Source of the DNA: a bacterium
GTDB lineage: Bacteria > Electryoneota > Electryoneia > Electryoneales > Electryoneaceae
Length of the DNA stretch: 64,000 nt
Assembly (NCBI GenBank): GCA_963675295.2
Contig: CAXXKJ010000002.1
Location: 992,001 to 1,056,000 of the forward strand
Direction of reading: 5' to 3'
The position numbers and the translations under genes are program-made. Below, piece by piece: positions 17,894-28,700 of this stretch. How positions within the stretch are numbered: position 1 is the first letter of the stretch; every line of letters begins with the position of its first letter. Below the pieces are notes generated by a model that saw nothing but the letters and a program-made list of their open reading frames with translations, searched no databases and had not been told where the DNA came from.

Positions 17894-20842
17894 TCACCGC
17901 ACCAGCGCGAGTTTGCGGATAGCGGTTTCATGATCAGCCGTCTGGACCCGGAGGAAGTAGACGCCCGACGCCAGCCCGTCCGCGTCCCACGCCAGTTCGT
18001 GGGTTCCGGCGGCTACCGATCCGTTCAGCAGCACCGCGACACGCCGGCCGGTGATGTCATAGATCTGCGCCTTAACCTCACCAGATTCGGGCAGGGATAA
18101 AGTGATCGTCGCACGCTCGTTGAACGGGTTCGGGTAGGCGGCCACCGCGAACTCCGTGGGAAGCGAGGGGACATCGACGATCTCAGAACCTGCGAGAGGT
18201 CCATCGTGCGGTGCCGGATTGGGGGTTGCCCAACCGGACAGCATCCATCCCTCCGACGATGAGGCGTCAGGCAGGGTGGAAGCAGCCTGTGCGACTCTCT
18301 GTCCTACAGCAGCAGCTTTCGTGAACTGGAATTGATCCGTGGCGAGGATCAGATCGGGGTGATTTCCGGCGAACGCCTTGAACGTATACGTTCCCGCCGG
18401 AGCCTGCGGGGGCACATCCAGCAGCAACCAGTTGCGGGTAAAGGTCTCGTACGGACCGAGCTGCAATGTGTACTGCCTCAGCGGGATGTTGTTGCCAGCC
18501 GGAGTGGTTGCCAGCGTCCACGCGTCGAGGGTCTGTGCCGATCCGGTCAGGTTCTCGAGCGTTGCGTGGAAATACACCGGCCCGCCGACCGGTGGAACCT
18601 GCAGGTATGGTTCGTACGGGTCGAGCGTCAGCCGCAGGGTCTGGGTGAACGACACAATTACCGGGCCGGCGGGGTCGGATTCTCCGTTGCTGTAGACGGC
18701 GGTGACGGTGTACTCATAGGAACCCGACGCGTTCAGCAGGTCGATCTGCGTTGTTTGGTCCGTTGTTGCGATCAGCTCGCCATCACGATACACGTTGTAG
18801 CCTTCGAGGATCAGCGGCGGATCATAGACCGGCTCCTCCCAGGTCAAGGTGACCAACGCGCCGGTGAGGTCAAAGGTTAGGGTACTGGGTGCTGGAGAAT
18901 AACTGAAAATATCCGACGAATCAAAGAGATATTGCCGAGAATAGACAGCGGCAACTATTGAATTCCCATCTACGAGTACGCGATTGAAGTAGTATGCATC
19001 CCTGACACTGCCCAGATATTGAGGATCGGTCGGAGAGCTAAAATCCAGTACCGTTAATCCCTCTGTTTGGGAGATGTACAGGATCCCATTCTCTATGATG
19101 CCGCCAGTAGCATAGATGTCATTGGTTCCTGCGACGTAGGATAGATCTGTCGGATCCGATACATCGAACACTTTCAAGTATTCATCATCACCTGTGACAA
19201 CGAGATAGCCGTCTGAGAGTGAAACCTCGAATTCAACGCAAGCATATTCGCGCTCAGGATAGTTCGTGCTGTAGGTGTCCAGTAGAACTGGATTTTGTGG
19301 ATTTTCCACGCTATAGCTTTTCAAGTTATCGTGATCACGTTGCCCAACGAGGTACATCACGTCACCATCCAATGTCAGACGATCCCACTCATCCCATTGC
19401 GGGATCGAACCCACTATCACCGGGTTGACTGGATCGCCAAGATCATACACGCCAACGATGCTATTAGCCGCTATGTAGGCAATCGTTCCATTCGTTTCAA
19501 TCTCTTTGATGCTGGTCTTTGGAAAAAAGTTCGCTTGGTAGGGGTTCTGAGGATCGCTCACATCGAAAATGTAAAGACCTGTACTATTTCCATCTCCGGA
19601 ATAGTCTTCGCAGCCTGCGTACAGATACGATCCTACGAGTTCAATATCGGTTATTATGCCACCGTTAAAAATGAAAACATCCTCTGGGTTGTCTGGATCA
19701 CTCCAATCTACCAGCCATACGCCCTGATAACCTGCTGAATAGACAATAGAACCTGATTTAAGCAGGTGATATTGCCTCATATAATGACCGAAGCCATCAA
19801 ATAGATTTACGTTATACGGATCATTTATGTCATATTGAAGGAACAGGTTCTCGTGTCTTCGGGATTGGATGTAAACTGAACTAATTATAGTGTCTTCTGA
19901 CAGCGAGGGAAACAGAAAATACTCAATAGCTTCAACCTGAGTCTGACTCAATTGAGTGGGATGAAATGGGTCGCTATTATCATAAATTGTCATTGTTGCA
20001 GATTGTAAAGAATTGTCTAACTGTGTCATTACCAACAAATTACTATTATATTGTAGGTCAATGTACCTAGAATCAGTAAGATTTATAGATTCGGTTAAAA
20101 CAGGAATTGATGGATCAGATATGTCATAGACATTAAAGAAAACATCTTCTTGTATAATATATAACGAAGATCCATTTATACGTATTGTCAGGGAGGGTTC
20201 AACTTCGATTGGAATGGTCGAAAGTAAAACTGGAAATTCTGGATTACTTACGTCGTATAATTTAACATGACCGCTATAACTCATGGCTCTGAACATTACA
20301 GCAATGTTTCCTTCTACATTCAGATGCAAAAATGTTGGTGAATCTTCGTATACCATAAAGGGATTCGAAGGATCCATAACATTATATATTCTATAGAAAT
20401 TATCCTGCCAATATGGGGAAGAAACGTAGAGATAGCCGTTGATATATTTTAAATGACCGGCAATCGAGCCAATATCCTCTTGACTCATTAAAACTGGGTT
20501 GTGTACATCGGTTATGTCAAAAATACAAAACCGATCGGCTTCCGGATAGTCTGAAATAACAATATACAGATACGGATCAGCGTAATCGACAGAGACAACC
20601 TGCTGCATTGGGACTACAGTGGCTACTTTCTGGGGTTGCGTTGGATTGCTGATGTCGTAAATGCTGACCCCATCTTCGGCGATGAACCAGTAGTTTCCGA
20701 CGACGATCATCTGCCTGACCAGTCCGTGCGCCTCTGGCATCGAGGTCTGCTCGAGCGTGAGATGATGATAGTGGACCTGCGCTGAGATTGAGGTAGCCAA
20801 GCTCAACATGATGGCTAGAACGTAAAACGAACCGCGTTTCAT
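17894..20842 (-). CDS. Secreted LVIVD-repeat protein with FN3, pre-CTD domain and CTD; close paralog of 14820-17777
   Basis: Start moved to MKRGSF at 20842 (GGAGGGG RBS, leader similar to the paralog's). Collinear with the neighbour; same terminal RKLALVR. Confidence 0.92.
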   Translation of the reverse strand: MKRGSFYVLAIMLSLATSISAQVHYHHLTLEQTSMPEAHGLVRQMIVVGNYWFIAEDGVSIYDISNPTQPQKVATVVPMQQVVSVDYADPYLYIVISDYPEADRFCIFDITDVHNPVLMSQEDIGSIAGHLKYINGYLYVSSPYWQDNFYRIYNVMDPSNPFMVYEDSPTFLHLNVEGNIAVMFRAMSYSGHVKLYDVSNPEFPVLLSTIPIEVEPSLTIRINGSSLYIIQEDVFFNVYDISDPSIPVLTESINLTDSRYIDLQYNSNLLVMTQLDNSLQSATMTIYDNSDPFHPTQLSQTQVEAIEYFLFPSLSEDTIISSVYIQSRRHENLFLQYDINDPYNVNLFDGFGHYMRQYHLLKSGSIVYSAGYQGVWLVDWSDPDNPEDVFIFNGGIITDIELVGSYLYAGCEDYSGDGNSTGLYIFDVSDPQNPYQANFFPKTSIKEIETNGTIAYIAANSIVGVYDLGDPVNPVIVGSIPQWDEWDRLTLDGDVMYLVGQRDHDNLKSYSVENPQNPVLLDTYSTNYPEREYACVEFEVSLSDGYLVVTGDDEYLKVFDVSDPTDLSYVAGTNDIYATGGIIENGILYISQTEGLTVLDFSSPTDPQYLGSVRDAYYFNRVLVDGNSIVAAVYSRQYLFDSSDIFSYSPAPSTLTFDLTGALVTLTWEEPVYDPPLILEGYNVYRDGELIATTDQTTQIDLLNASGSYEYTVTAVYSNGESDPAGPVIVSFTQTLRLTLDPYEPYLQVPPVGGPVYFHATLENLTGSAQTLDAWTLATTPAGNNIPLRQYTLQLGPYETFTRNWLLLDVPPQAPAGTYTFKAFAGNHPDLILATDQFQFTKAAAVGQRVAQAASTLPDASSSEGWMLSGWATPNPAPHDGPLAGSEIVDVPSLPTEFAVAAYPNPFNERATITLSLPESGEVKAQIYDITGRRVAVLLNGSVAAGTHELAWDADGLASGVYFLRVQTADHETAIRKLALVR

Positions 20843-21049
20843 AACCCCCTCCTGTAATGATGCTGGTGATACAGACTCCGTGGCATACGGCCCTATACGC
20901 CATGCCTGCTGCTGGATCATCGCAGGCGGCGGCGGGGGCTCACAGTGATGTAATCTAGGCATGCATCGCGCCGATGTCCATGCAAACCCTTATATTCCGC
21001 GAAATGGTTGACGTGAAACGCTCCACCCCTGACGCTGGAACACCTGTCG

Positions 21050-24000
21050 ATGAAACGTGATCGCCGTCTGATTCCATCCATTCCGAACGTCCTGACCATC
21101 CGGTCAATGCTATCCGGTCATGGCCGGAACGTGCTGGCTGTGTTTGTGCCGCTGCTGATCGTCGCCTGCGTGCTGTTGACCAACGCGACGCTGGCGGATG
21201 AACGATTCGATCCGACCGCGCTGAATGCCAGTGCGGATGATCCGTTGTTCACGACCTACGCCGCCGACATATCACGGGCGACCTATGTCCCGGACCAGGG
21301 GTATCATTTTCGCTATTACCGGGAGGAGTTGCCGGTCGCGTTCAGCACCGCGCAGGACGGCGAGTGGGGGGTGGTGTTCGACCGGAACGGCGACCGTGTA
21401 CTCAACCTCGCAGACTACGCCGAACCGCCGGGAGTGCAGGAATCGTGGCCGGACTATGTGCGGTACATCGCGAAGCCGTACGCCGACCTCGCGTTGGATG
21501 GCCGGTTCTTCGTGTACAAATCCTCGCTGGCGGTGTGGGAGCTGACGTTGACCAACGAGTCGGCGTCGGAACAGACGGTTACCGTGGCGCCGTACCTCGG
21601 CAACGAACTGATGCTGCTGGCGGAATCGGACGCGGAGGGCTGGAGTTTCCGTCACGAGCACCCGTCTGATGGCTGGACCGTGGCGAAGCAGATCCCGCAG
21701 GTTTTCCAACGACGCAACCGGTTTACGATGCTGCCCGCACCGGACACATCTGCTGTGTTTTCGTCGGTGGATGGAAGTTCGGCGGAGCTGCCGGAATGGG
21801 TGAAACCGGACGAGGCGCAGGTGCTGCCGGTGTATGGCCGGTTGCAACGCGCGGACGGGTCGCGGATCGAACCGTCCGCGACTGGTGTGCAGGCGTACGC
21901 GTTCCTGACGCATGATCCGCGCTTCCTGATTTCGCTGGCGTCTCCGATGCACGCGAGTTCGTGGGACTGGTGGAAATCGCGCGGCTACTTCGCACTCGAG
22001 GCGGGCGAGCTGGAGTGGTCGAGCCGTGTGTACAGCGCCGAGACCGGCTGGAAGGACTACGATTCGAACACGGTGCGGATTGTCGCTTCGGTGCCGTCCG
22101 AGAAGTTGAGCGCACGGTGGGAGATGACACGGGCGGTGCCGCTGAGCCCCGGCGCCGAACGTCACGACCTGACCCTGACCCGCAACAAGATTACCGCGCC
22201 TCGGAACCTGCGGGCGACGATTGACTCGTTCGGCGTGCATCTCGAATGGGACGGCGACCCGAAGCAGATCTACCGGATCTACATGAACCCGTTGAAGTGC
22301 CGCTTGAAGCCGCAGGAAAAGTCGATGCGGGAAAATTACCGGGACGAGTTCCTGCTCGCTGGCGCGCGTGACATTCCCTACTTCCGCTACCACAACCAGG
22401 TGCAGGGGACATCGTACAATTACGATCTCAGCCCGCGGGTTCCGGTTGAAGAACGCGAGGCTGGCAAGTCATATGGCTATAATCCCGACACGGATATATT
22501 CCTGCGCCGGTTCATGGTTGTCAGCACCAGCGAAGACAAGTATCCCGGTCCGGCGAGCGAAACTGTAAGCTGCTGGCCGATGCCGGCATTGACCGAGATG
22601 CTGGCGGACACTGCCGAGTTCCGTGAACCGGACGCGTTGATGTCGAACGGTGCAGCGATGTTCAAGAGCGTCGCGCTGGCACCCGGTGAGAGCAAGCGGA
22701 TCCGGGTGTTCCGTCAGACCGCGGCTGATCTGTTCGAGTTTGAACGCAACCAGTGGCTGATCGATGATCTGGCGAACCGTGAGCTGGACGAGTTCGCGAA
22801 CCCGCACCGCGAACGATTTGCGGGAGTGCCGGATGTGACGTTGCCTACCCGTCAGCAGCAGCTTTTGCAGCTGTCGTCATACAATGTGCTGCGCCAGAGC
22901 ATGCTGCCGCCGGAAGGCCGGTTGACGCACAACTACTACGTGTTCTCACGCGAACCGACGTGGGGTTGGGGGCACGGCGGCCAGGTGTTCCACGAGTCGC
23001 TGGCGATGCTGGCGTACGGCAATCTCGACCCGCAGTCGGCGCAGGCGTCAATGAAGGTGTTCGCCGAAGCGCAGTATGCACCGGAAACCGACTCGATGAC
23101 CGAATGGGCGTACATCCCGTATCGCGTCGGACCGTATCTCGAGGAAACCATCGAGACCGATGGCGAGCTGACCCAGTCCGGTCCGTTCTACAGCTGGATC
23201 ACGCTCGAGCTGTTCCGGATGACCGGCGATCGGGAGTTTCTTGCGGAGATGGCGCCGTCCTGCGAGCAATTTGTCCGTTACTGGGAACGGAACCGTGACA
23301 GCGACTCGGACGGGATGTACGAGTGGGGCGGGCAGGCGGTGCTGGAGTCGCTGCGGGATGCGTCCGTGGTGATCTGGGACGAAGTCGCGCCGCCGGATTC
23401 GCTGGAAGCGCTGGGGCTGAATTGCATGCTGGCCAACGAGTTCAACAGCCTCGCAGCGATGCAGGATTCGTTGGGGAACAGTGAGGCTGCGACGTGGCTC
23501 GGCAAGCGTGGCGCGGAGTTGGCGTACAGCGTCCAGCAGGCGATGTGGGATGATGCGACCGGCTTCTTCTACCACAACGTGAAGCGCGGCTGGGCCGGCG
23601 AAGACGGCAATTCGAACGGGTATAACGGTCCGTTCGATAACGCGGGCAACCTCAACCCGGACCGGTTCTCGTTCAATGAACCCGGCGACTTGAAGCGCAA
23701 GGAGATCATCGGTTTCCTGCCGTTGTGGGCGGGGATCGCGACGGACGAACAAGCCGAACGGCTGGTCCGCGAACACCTGACCAACCCGGACGAGTTCTGG
23801 CGTGAGTACGGCGTGCCGTCGCTTAGTGCGGACGACCCGTACTACAAGCCGCAGGGTTACTGGAACGGGCCGGTATGGGTGCAATGGAACTACCTGATTG
23901 TGCGCGGCCTACTGCGTTATGGGTACGTGGACGAAGCGCGTGAGCTGGCCGAACGTGTCAGCGCGGGCATGAGCGAGGTACTGGCAGACACGCACACGAT

Positions 24001-24109
24001 GTGGGAGTTCTACAGCCCGGACGCGGCGTGGGGCGGCTGGCATCAGACGTACATCTGGGCTGGGATTGTCGCACGGATGATGGAGGATGTGTACGCTGAA
24101 TCCGAGTGA
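21050..24109 (+). CDS. Secreted six-hairpin glycoside hydrolase (MGH1/GH63/trehalase-like)
   Basis: Hydrophobic N-terminus; RDSDSDGMYEW, MWDDATGFFY, FLPLWAGIA, YGVPSLS, YWNGPVW, WEFYSP. Exact start uncertain (may be downstream). Confidence 0.85.
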   Translation: MKRDRRLIPSIPNVLTIRSMLSGHGRNVLAVFVPLLIVACVLLTNATLADERFDPTALNASADDPLFTTYAADISRATYVPDQGYHFRYYREELPVAFSTAQDGEWGVVFDRNGDRVLNLADYAEPPGVQESWPDYVRYIAKPYADLALDGRFFVYKSSLAVWELTLTNESASEQTVTVAPYLGNELMLLAESDAEGWSFRHEHPSDGWTVAKQIPQVFQRRNRFTMLPAPDTSAVFSSVDGSSAELPEWVKPDEAQVLPVYGRLQRADGSRIEPSATGVQAYAFLTHDPRFLISLASPMHASSWDWWKSRGYFALEAGELEWSSRVYSAETGWKDYDSNTVRIVASVPSEKLSARWEMTRAVPLSPGAERHDLTLTRNKITAPRNLRATIDSFGVHLEWDGDPKQIYRIYMNPLKCRLKPQEKSMRENYRDEFLLAGARDIPYFRYHNQVQGTSYNYDLSPRVPVEEREAGKSYGYNPDTDIFLRRFMVVSTSEDKYPGPASETVSCWPMPALTEMLADTAEFREPDALMSNGAAMFKSVALAPGESKRIRVFRQTAADLFEFERNQWLIDDLANRELDEFANPHRERFAGVPDVTLPTRQQQLLQLSSYNVLRQSMLPPEGRLTHNYYVFSREPTWGWGHGGQVFHESLAMLAYGNLDPQSAQASMKVFAEAQYAPETDSMTEWAYIPYRVGPYLEETIETDGELTQSGPFYSWITLELFRMTGDREFLAEMAPSCEQFVRYWERNRDSDSDGMYEWGGQAVLESLRDASVVIWDEVAPPDSLEALGLNCMLANEFNSLAAMQDSLGNSEAATWLGKRGAELAYSVQQAMWDDATGFFYHNVKRGWAGEDGNSNGYNGPFDNAGNLNPDRFSFNEPGDLKRKEIIGFLPLWAGIATDEQAERLVREHLTNPDEFWREYGVPSLSADDPYYKPQGYWNGPVWVQWNYLIVRGLLRYGYVDEARELAERVSAGMSEVLADTHTMWEFYSPDAAWGGWHQTYIWAGIVARMMEDVYAESE

Positions 24110-24316
24110 TGTTTGCTGGCTACGGACAGCGTGCGAGCCAGGGTTTCGTGTTTTCCGCCAGTCCAAAAAACGGATTGCGGGCGGGTTGTCTAAATCGCTT
24201 TATTGTTAGCGTCGCATCATCAGTATTTACGATACTGCTCCCGCTCTCCTTGCGGGTTGACGCAATGATTCCACATTTTCAAGATCCAACGTTGTCAAAC
24301 CTGACACAGGACGTAC

Positions 24317-25501
24317 ATGCAGATCCAGGGCATTGACTCACTGCAACCCGGTGATATCCTCGGCAAGTCCCTGTTCAACTCCCGCGGCGACCTGTTGCTC
24401 GCGTCCGGCTATGAGCTTGATGACGACACCATCGCGTTGATGCGCAGTCGTGGCATCATGTATGTCCACGTCATGAACGAGCTTACGAAGGACATTCAAC
24501 CGCAGGAGCTGATCAGCGACACGGTTCGCCACATGGCGAGTAAGGAAGTCGGGGATGTGTTCAAGGCGGTTGCGGCGGTCGAGCCGGTCAAGGGTGATAG
24601 CGTTGGCGACATAAAGGAAGAGATCGAGAAGGGCAACAAATACAAGAACATGGTCAAGATGCCGTCGATGCGGCGTGTCGTCTCGACCATCCTGGAGGAA
24701 GTTCTCTCCAACGCGTCGGTGATGTTCAGCTCCATGCGCATGCGTGCGGAGGATGATGGCGCGGATTACGAGCATGCGGTCGACACGACGGTGCTGTGCA
24801 TCATGATGGGCCGCTCGTTTCACTACAGCCAGAGCGAACTGCGGCAGCTCGGTGTCGCCGCGATGCTACACGATATCGGCAAGGTGATTCTCGGCGATCT
24901 GCGGAACAAGAAACCGTACGAGCTGAACGCCGACGAACGCATGCTGCTGCGAGAGCACCCGATCTATTCCAGCGTGATTTTGCGCGAGAACGATGACGCT
25001 GCGTTTGTCGAGCAGACGGTGGTGATGCAGCATCACGAGCAGCTTGACGGGAACGGGTATCCCCGTGAGCTGAAAGCGAGTGGACTGCCTCCGACCAAGG
25101 CGAATCAGCGTGAAGGCGAAATCCACCGTTTCGCGCAGGTGCTTGCGGTCGCGAACATCTATGACAACCTGGTTACCGGTGTGATCGATGAGCGGGTTTA
25201 TACGCCGGAAGAAGCGGTGACGGCGATTCTGACCGGTCGCGTCGGATCGTGGAACTCGCATGTGGTCAAGGCGCTGGTTCGTTCGGTGCAATGTTATCCG
25301 GTCGGCATCCAGGTTCGGATCAAGAACAACCGCGCGAAGAAATTCATCGGCTTTCGCGGTGTCATTGCGAAAGAAAATCCGGATCAACAGACCAATCCCG
25401 CGATCATCCTCACCCACAATGGCAGCGACGGCGAGTTGAAACCGCCGAAGCTGATTGATTTCAAAGATGAGGAAGCGATGGAGCTCGAAATTGTGATGTA
25501 G
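24317..25501 (+). CDS. HD-GYP domain protein (putative c-di-GMP phosphodiesterase)
   Basis: YEHAV, LHDIGK, HHEQLDGNGYP. Confidence 0.9.
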   Translation: MQIQGIDSLQPGDILGKSLFNSRGDLLLASGYELDDDTIALMRSRGIMYVHVMNELTKDIQPQELISDTVRHMASKEVGDVFKAVAAVEPVKGDSVGDIKEEIEKGNKYKNMVKMPSMRRVVSTILEEVLSNASVMFSSMRMRAEDDGADYEHAVDTTVLCIMMGRSFHYSQSELRQLGVAAMLHDIGKVILGDLRNKKPYELNADERMLLREHPIYSSVILRENDDAAFVEQTVVMQHHEQLDGNGYPRELKASGLPPTKANQREGEIHRFAQVLAVANIYDNLVTGVIDERVYTPEEAVTAILTGRVGSWNSHVVKALVRSVQCYPVGIQVRIKNNRAKKFIGFRGVIAKENPDQQTNPAIILTHNGSDGELKPPKLIDFKDEEAMELEIVM

Positions 25502-25744
25502 CTGCATTCGCTTGCCGTTCCGCTCCTCGAGTCATTTCGCCACAGTTGTGCCAGCTTCCCAAGTTTATTGTTTACAAACCTTTCCGAAGCGTATTTCATG
25601 CGATCCCGCCCGGTCCAAAGTTTGTGTCTTTTTTCTCAGAACCGCTCCTTTTCGCGAACGCTGACAGGCCGATTCGCTATATTTCGGGACTATTGTCCCC
25701 GGCAAAGGCTGCGGGAGAACGGGTAAAACGTGAGGGGATCTGAG

Positions 25745-28700
25745 ATGAGGCGAACAGTTGTTACAGGTGTCGCCCTGTTGTTGGTCGTGTTGTGGCTGAC
25801 AAGTGGGCTGACAACGGTGCAGGCCGCTCCGAAGACATATCGGATCGACTTGCCGGTGCGCACGTTTACACCGGATGCCAATCAGCTCCAGTTTTTCCAG
25901 CAACGGGATGTCAGCCAGCCACAGGCCGTGCTGATTCAGTTCAATTCGCACCCGGATCAGGCTGCGAAGCGCTCGCTGAGCAGCAACGGCGTCCACCTGC
26001 AGCAGTACATCGGCGGCGGCGCGTGGGTTGCATGGCTGGAAGCGAATGTTGAATCGAACGCTCTGTCCAGTGCGGATGTCCGTTGGGCTGGCGAATACAT
26101 GCCGGAAGATCGTGTCGCGCCGCGTGTGACATCGCAGGAGATGCCGCAGTGGGCGGTTGCCGGTGATGAGATCCTGCTCGCCGTCCAGTTCGCGAAGCAG
26201 CTGGATGAAAGCTACGGCGAAGCGTTGCTGGCACAGCTTGGTGCGATTGCCGGTGACTATGTTTCGCCGCTGAACACATGGTACACACAGATTTCTCCGG
26301 ATCTGGTCGATGAATTGACGCAGGACCCGGGCGTGATGGCGGTTGACTACATCGCCCCGCCGATGGGTATGGTCAACGCCGGCGTTCGCGCCGCGATGCA
26401 TGTGGACGAAGTCAACAACCCGCCGTTTGACCTGCGCGGAAACGGGGTCACGGTGTGTGTTTATGATGGCGGCCTGGTCGACATCAGCCATCCGGACTTC
26501 GAGAATCGTGGTACGCAGGGTGAAACCGGTGGCATCTCGTCGCACCCGACACACGTCGCGGGTACTGTGCTCGGCAACGGCGCAGACCCGTACCGCGGCA
26601 TGGCGCCGGAAGCCACGCTGATCAGCTACGAATACGAATCCTGCAACCCGTACTGCCTGTACGACAGCCCACAGGACATCTTCGAAAACTACCAGGAAGC
26701 GCTGCAGGTTCATGGCGCGCACATCTTCACCAACTCGATCGGTTCGAACACGGCCTCGAACGGGTATGACTGCGACTGGGAAGGCGACTACGAGCTGACC
26801 AGCGCGCTGCTCGACAGCATCGTGCGCGGTGCGGTTGGTGAGCCGGTGATTGTCGGTTTCGCCGCGGGTAACGAGCGTGGCGCTGGGCGTTGCGGCACCA
26901 CCTACAGCACGCTCGGCGTGCCGGCTGGCGCGAAGAACGTGATCTCCGTGGGCGCGAGTGATGACAACGACAACATGTCGTCCTTCTCGTCCTGGGGTCC
27001 GTCAGATGACGGCCGCATCAAGCCGGATGTGTCGGCTCCTGGCGTGAGCGTTGTCTCGTGTAACTCGGGTGGTGGCTACACCACGATGAGCGGCACGAGC
27101 ATGGCAACGCCAGCTGTCGCGGGTGTCAATGCGCTGCTCGTCGAGCAGTGGGGCATTTCGGCGATGACGGAGTTCCCGAACCCACCGACGGTCAAGGCGA
27201 TTCTTTGCAACTCGGCCGAAGACCTGTTCAACCACGGTCCGGATTATCAGTTCGGCTATGGTCGTGTCGACGCGGTTCGCGCGGTTGAGACGATCCAGAA
27301 CTTCGGCTATCTCGAATCGTCCGTCGGTGACAACGGTCTGGTAACCCAGACGTTCACCGTTCCGGCGGGTCTTGATGTGTTGAAGGTGACGGCTGCGTGG
27401 GCAGATCCGCCGGCTTCGTACCTGGCAACGGTGACGTTGATCAACGACCTCGACCTGGTGTTGGTCGATCCGAGTGGTATTGAATACGATCCGTGGATTC
27501 TCGACTGGAACAACCCGTCGAGCCCGGCGACGACTGGCACCAACGTGCGCGACAACGTCGAGCAGGTTGAGGTGATGAATCCGGCGGCCGGACAGTGGAC
27601 GCTGCGGATTTCGGGTACGGACGTTCCGGTCGGCCCGCAGGACTTTTCCGTCGCCGCGAACGTGCCGCTGGCGGAAGGCGTGATGACGATTACGGGTACA
27701 GTGACGCGTCAGAACGGCGGCCAGGCGATTGCCGGCGCGACGGTGACGGTCATGGGTTCCGGTGCTGGCACGGTTACCGACGCGAACGGTGACTACTTCA
27801 TGTACCTGCCGGTTTCGGAGACGATCCAGCTGAAGGCCGAAGCCCCGGGCTTCTACTACCAGCATGCGTACATCATTCCCGAAGGTCAGGAATCCGAAGA
27901 CATCGACTTCCAGCTGATTACGCGTCCGCTTGGCCAGATCGCGGGTATCGTGCGTGACAGCAACGGCAGCCCGGTGGTTGGTGCGACGGTGACGGTGGAA
28001 GAGATTCCACTGCTGAACACGACAACGAACGCGCAGGGCCGGTTCCAGATGCTATTCCCGACCGGTGACGTGTTCACGGTGACCGCGACCGACGGTTCGG
28101 TGACCGGCCAGGTGGAAGCGTACACCAACCAGGGCCAGTCCGTGAATGTCTCGATCTTCCTGCTGGAAGACGGGGATAAAATCACCGGCCCGTCCGAGCA
28201 GGTGAATTACGTCGCGGTGCAGTCCACCGACAACCATGTCTTCTCGCCGACGTTCAACTGGCGTGCGATCGATCCGCTCGAAGGCGGCCAGGGTACGCGC
28301 GTGACGCTGACTGGTGAAGAAGATGCCGTCGTCATTGACCTGCCGTTCACCGTTGGCTACTACGGCAACGATTACACCCAGCTGACCGTCAACGAAAACG
28401 GGTTCTTCTGCTTCGGCGATGTGACCGGTGATGACGAACCGGCTGACTATTCGAACACGGAAATTCCGGGTTCGGACGGTCCGCCCGCAATGGTCGCCCC
28501 GTTCTGGGAAGACTTCCGCGCCGCGGAAACCAACCTGTCGTATTACCATGACGCGACGGCCGGTATTTTCATCGTGGAATGGTATGACAGCCGCCAGTGG
28601 CCGGATGACGGCACGCGGGAAACGTTCCAGGTCATCTTCAATGATCGCGACTTCCCGAACCCGCCGCCGTACCTGCCGCATGATGAAAATACCCGCATCC

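Noticed and set aside
14820-18165. Diversity-generating retroelement TR/VR pair in the two similar CTD regions
   Set aside because: Both copies are coding, differences look mostly synonymous rather than adenine-specific, and no reverse transcriptase is present.
21800-22600. Unique insertion in the glycoside hydrolase
   Set aside because: Homologs may carry the same middle and FN3-like region; novelty cannot be judged without an alignment.
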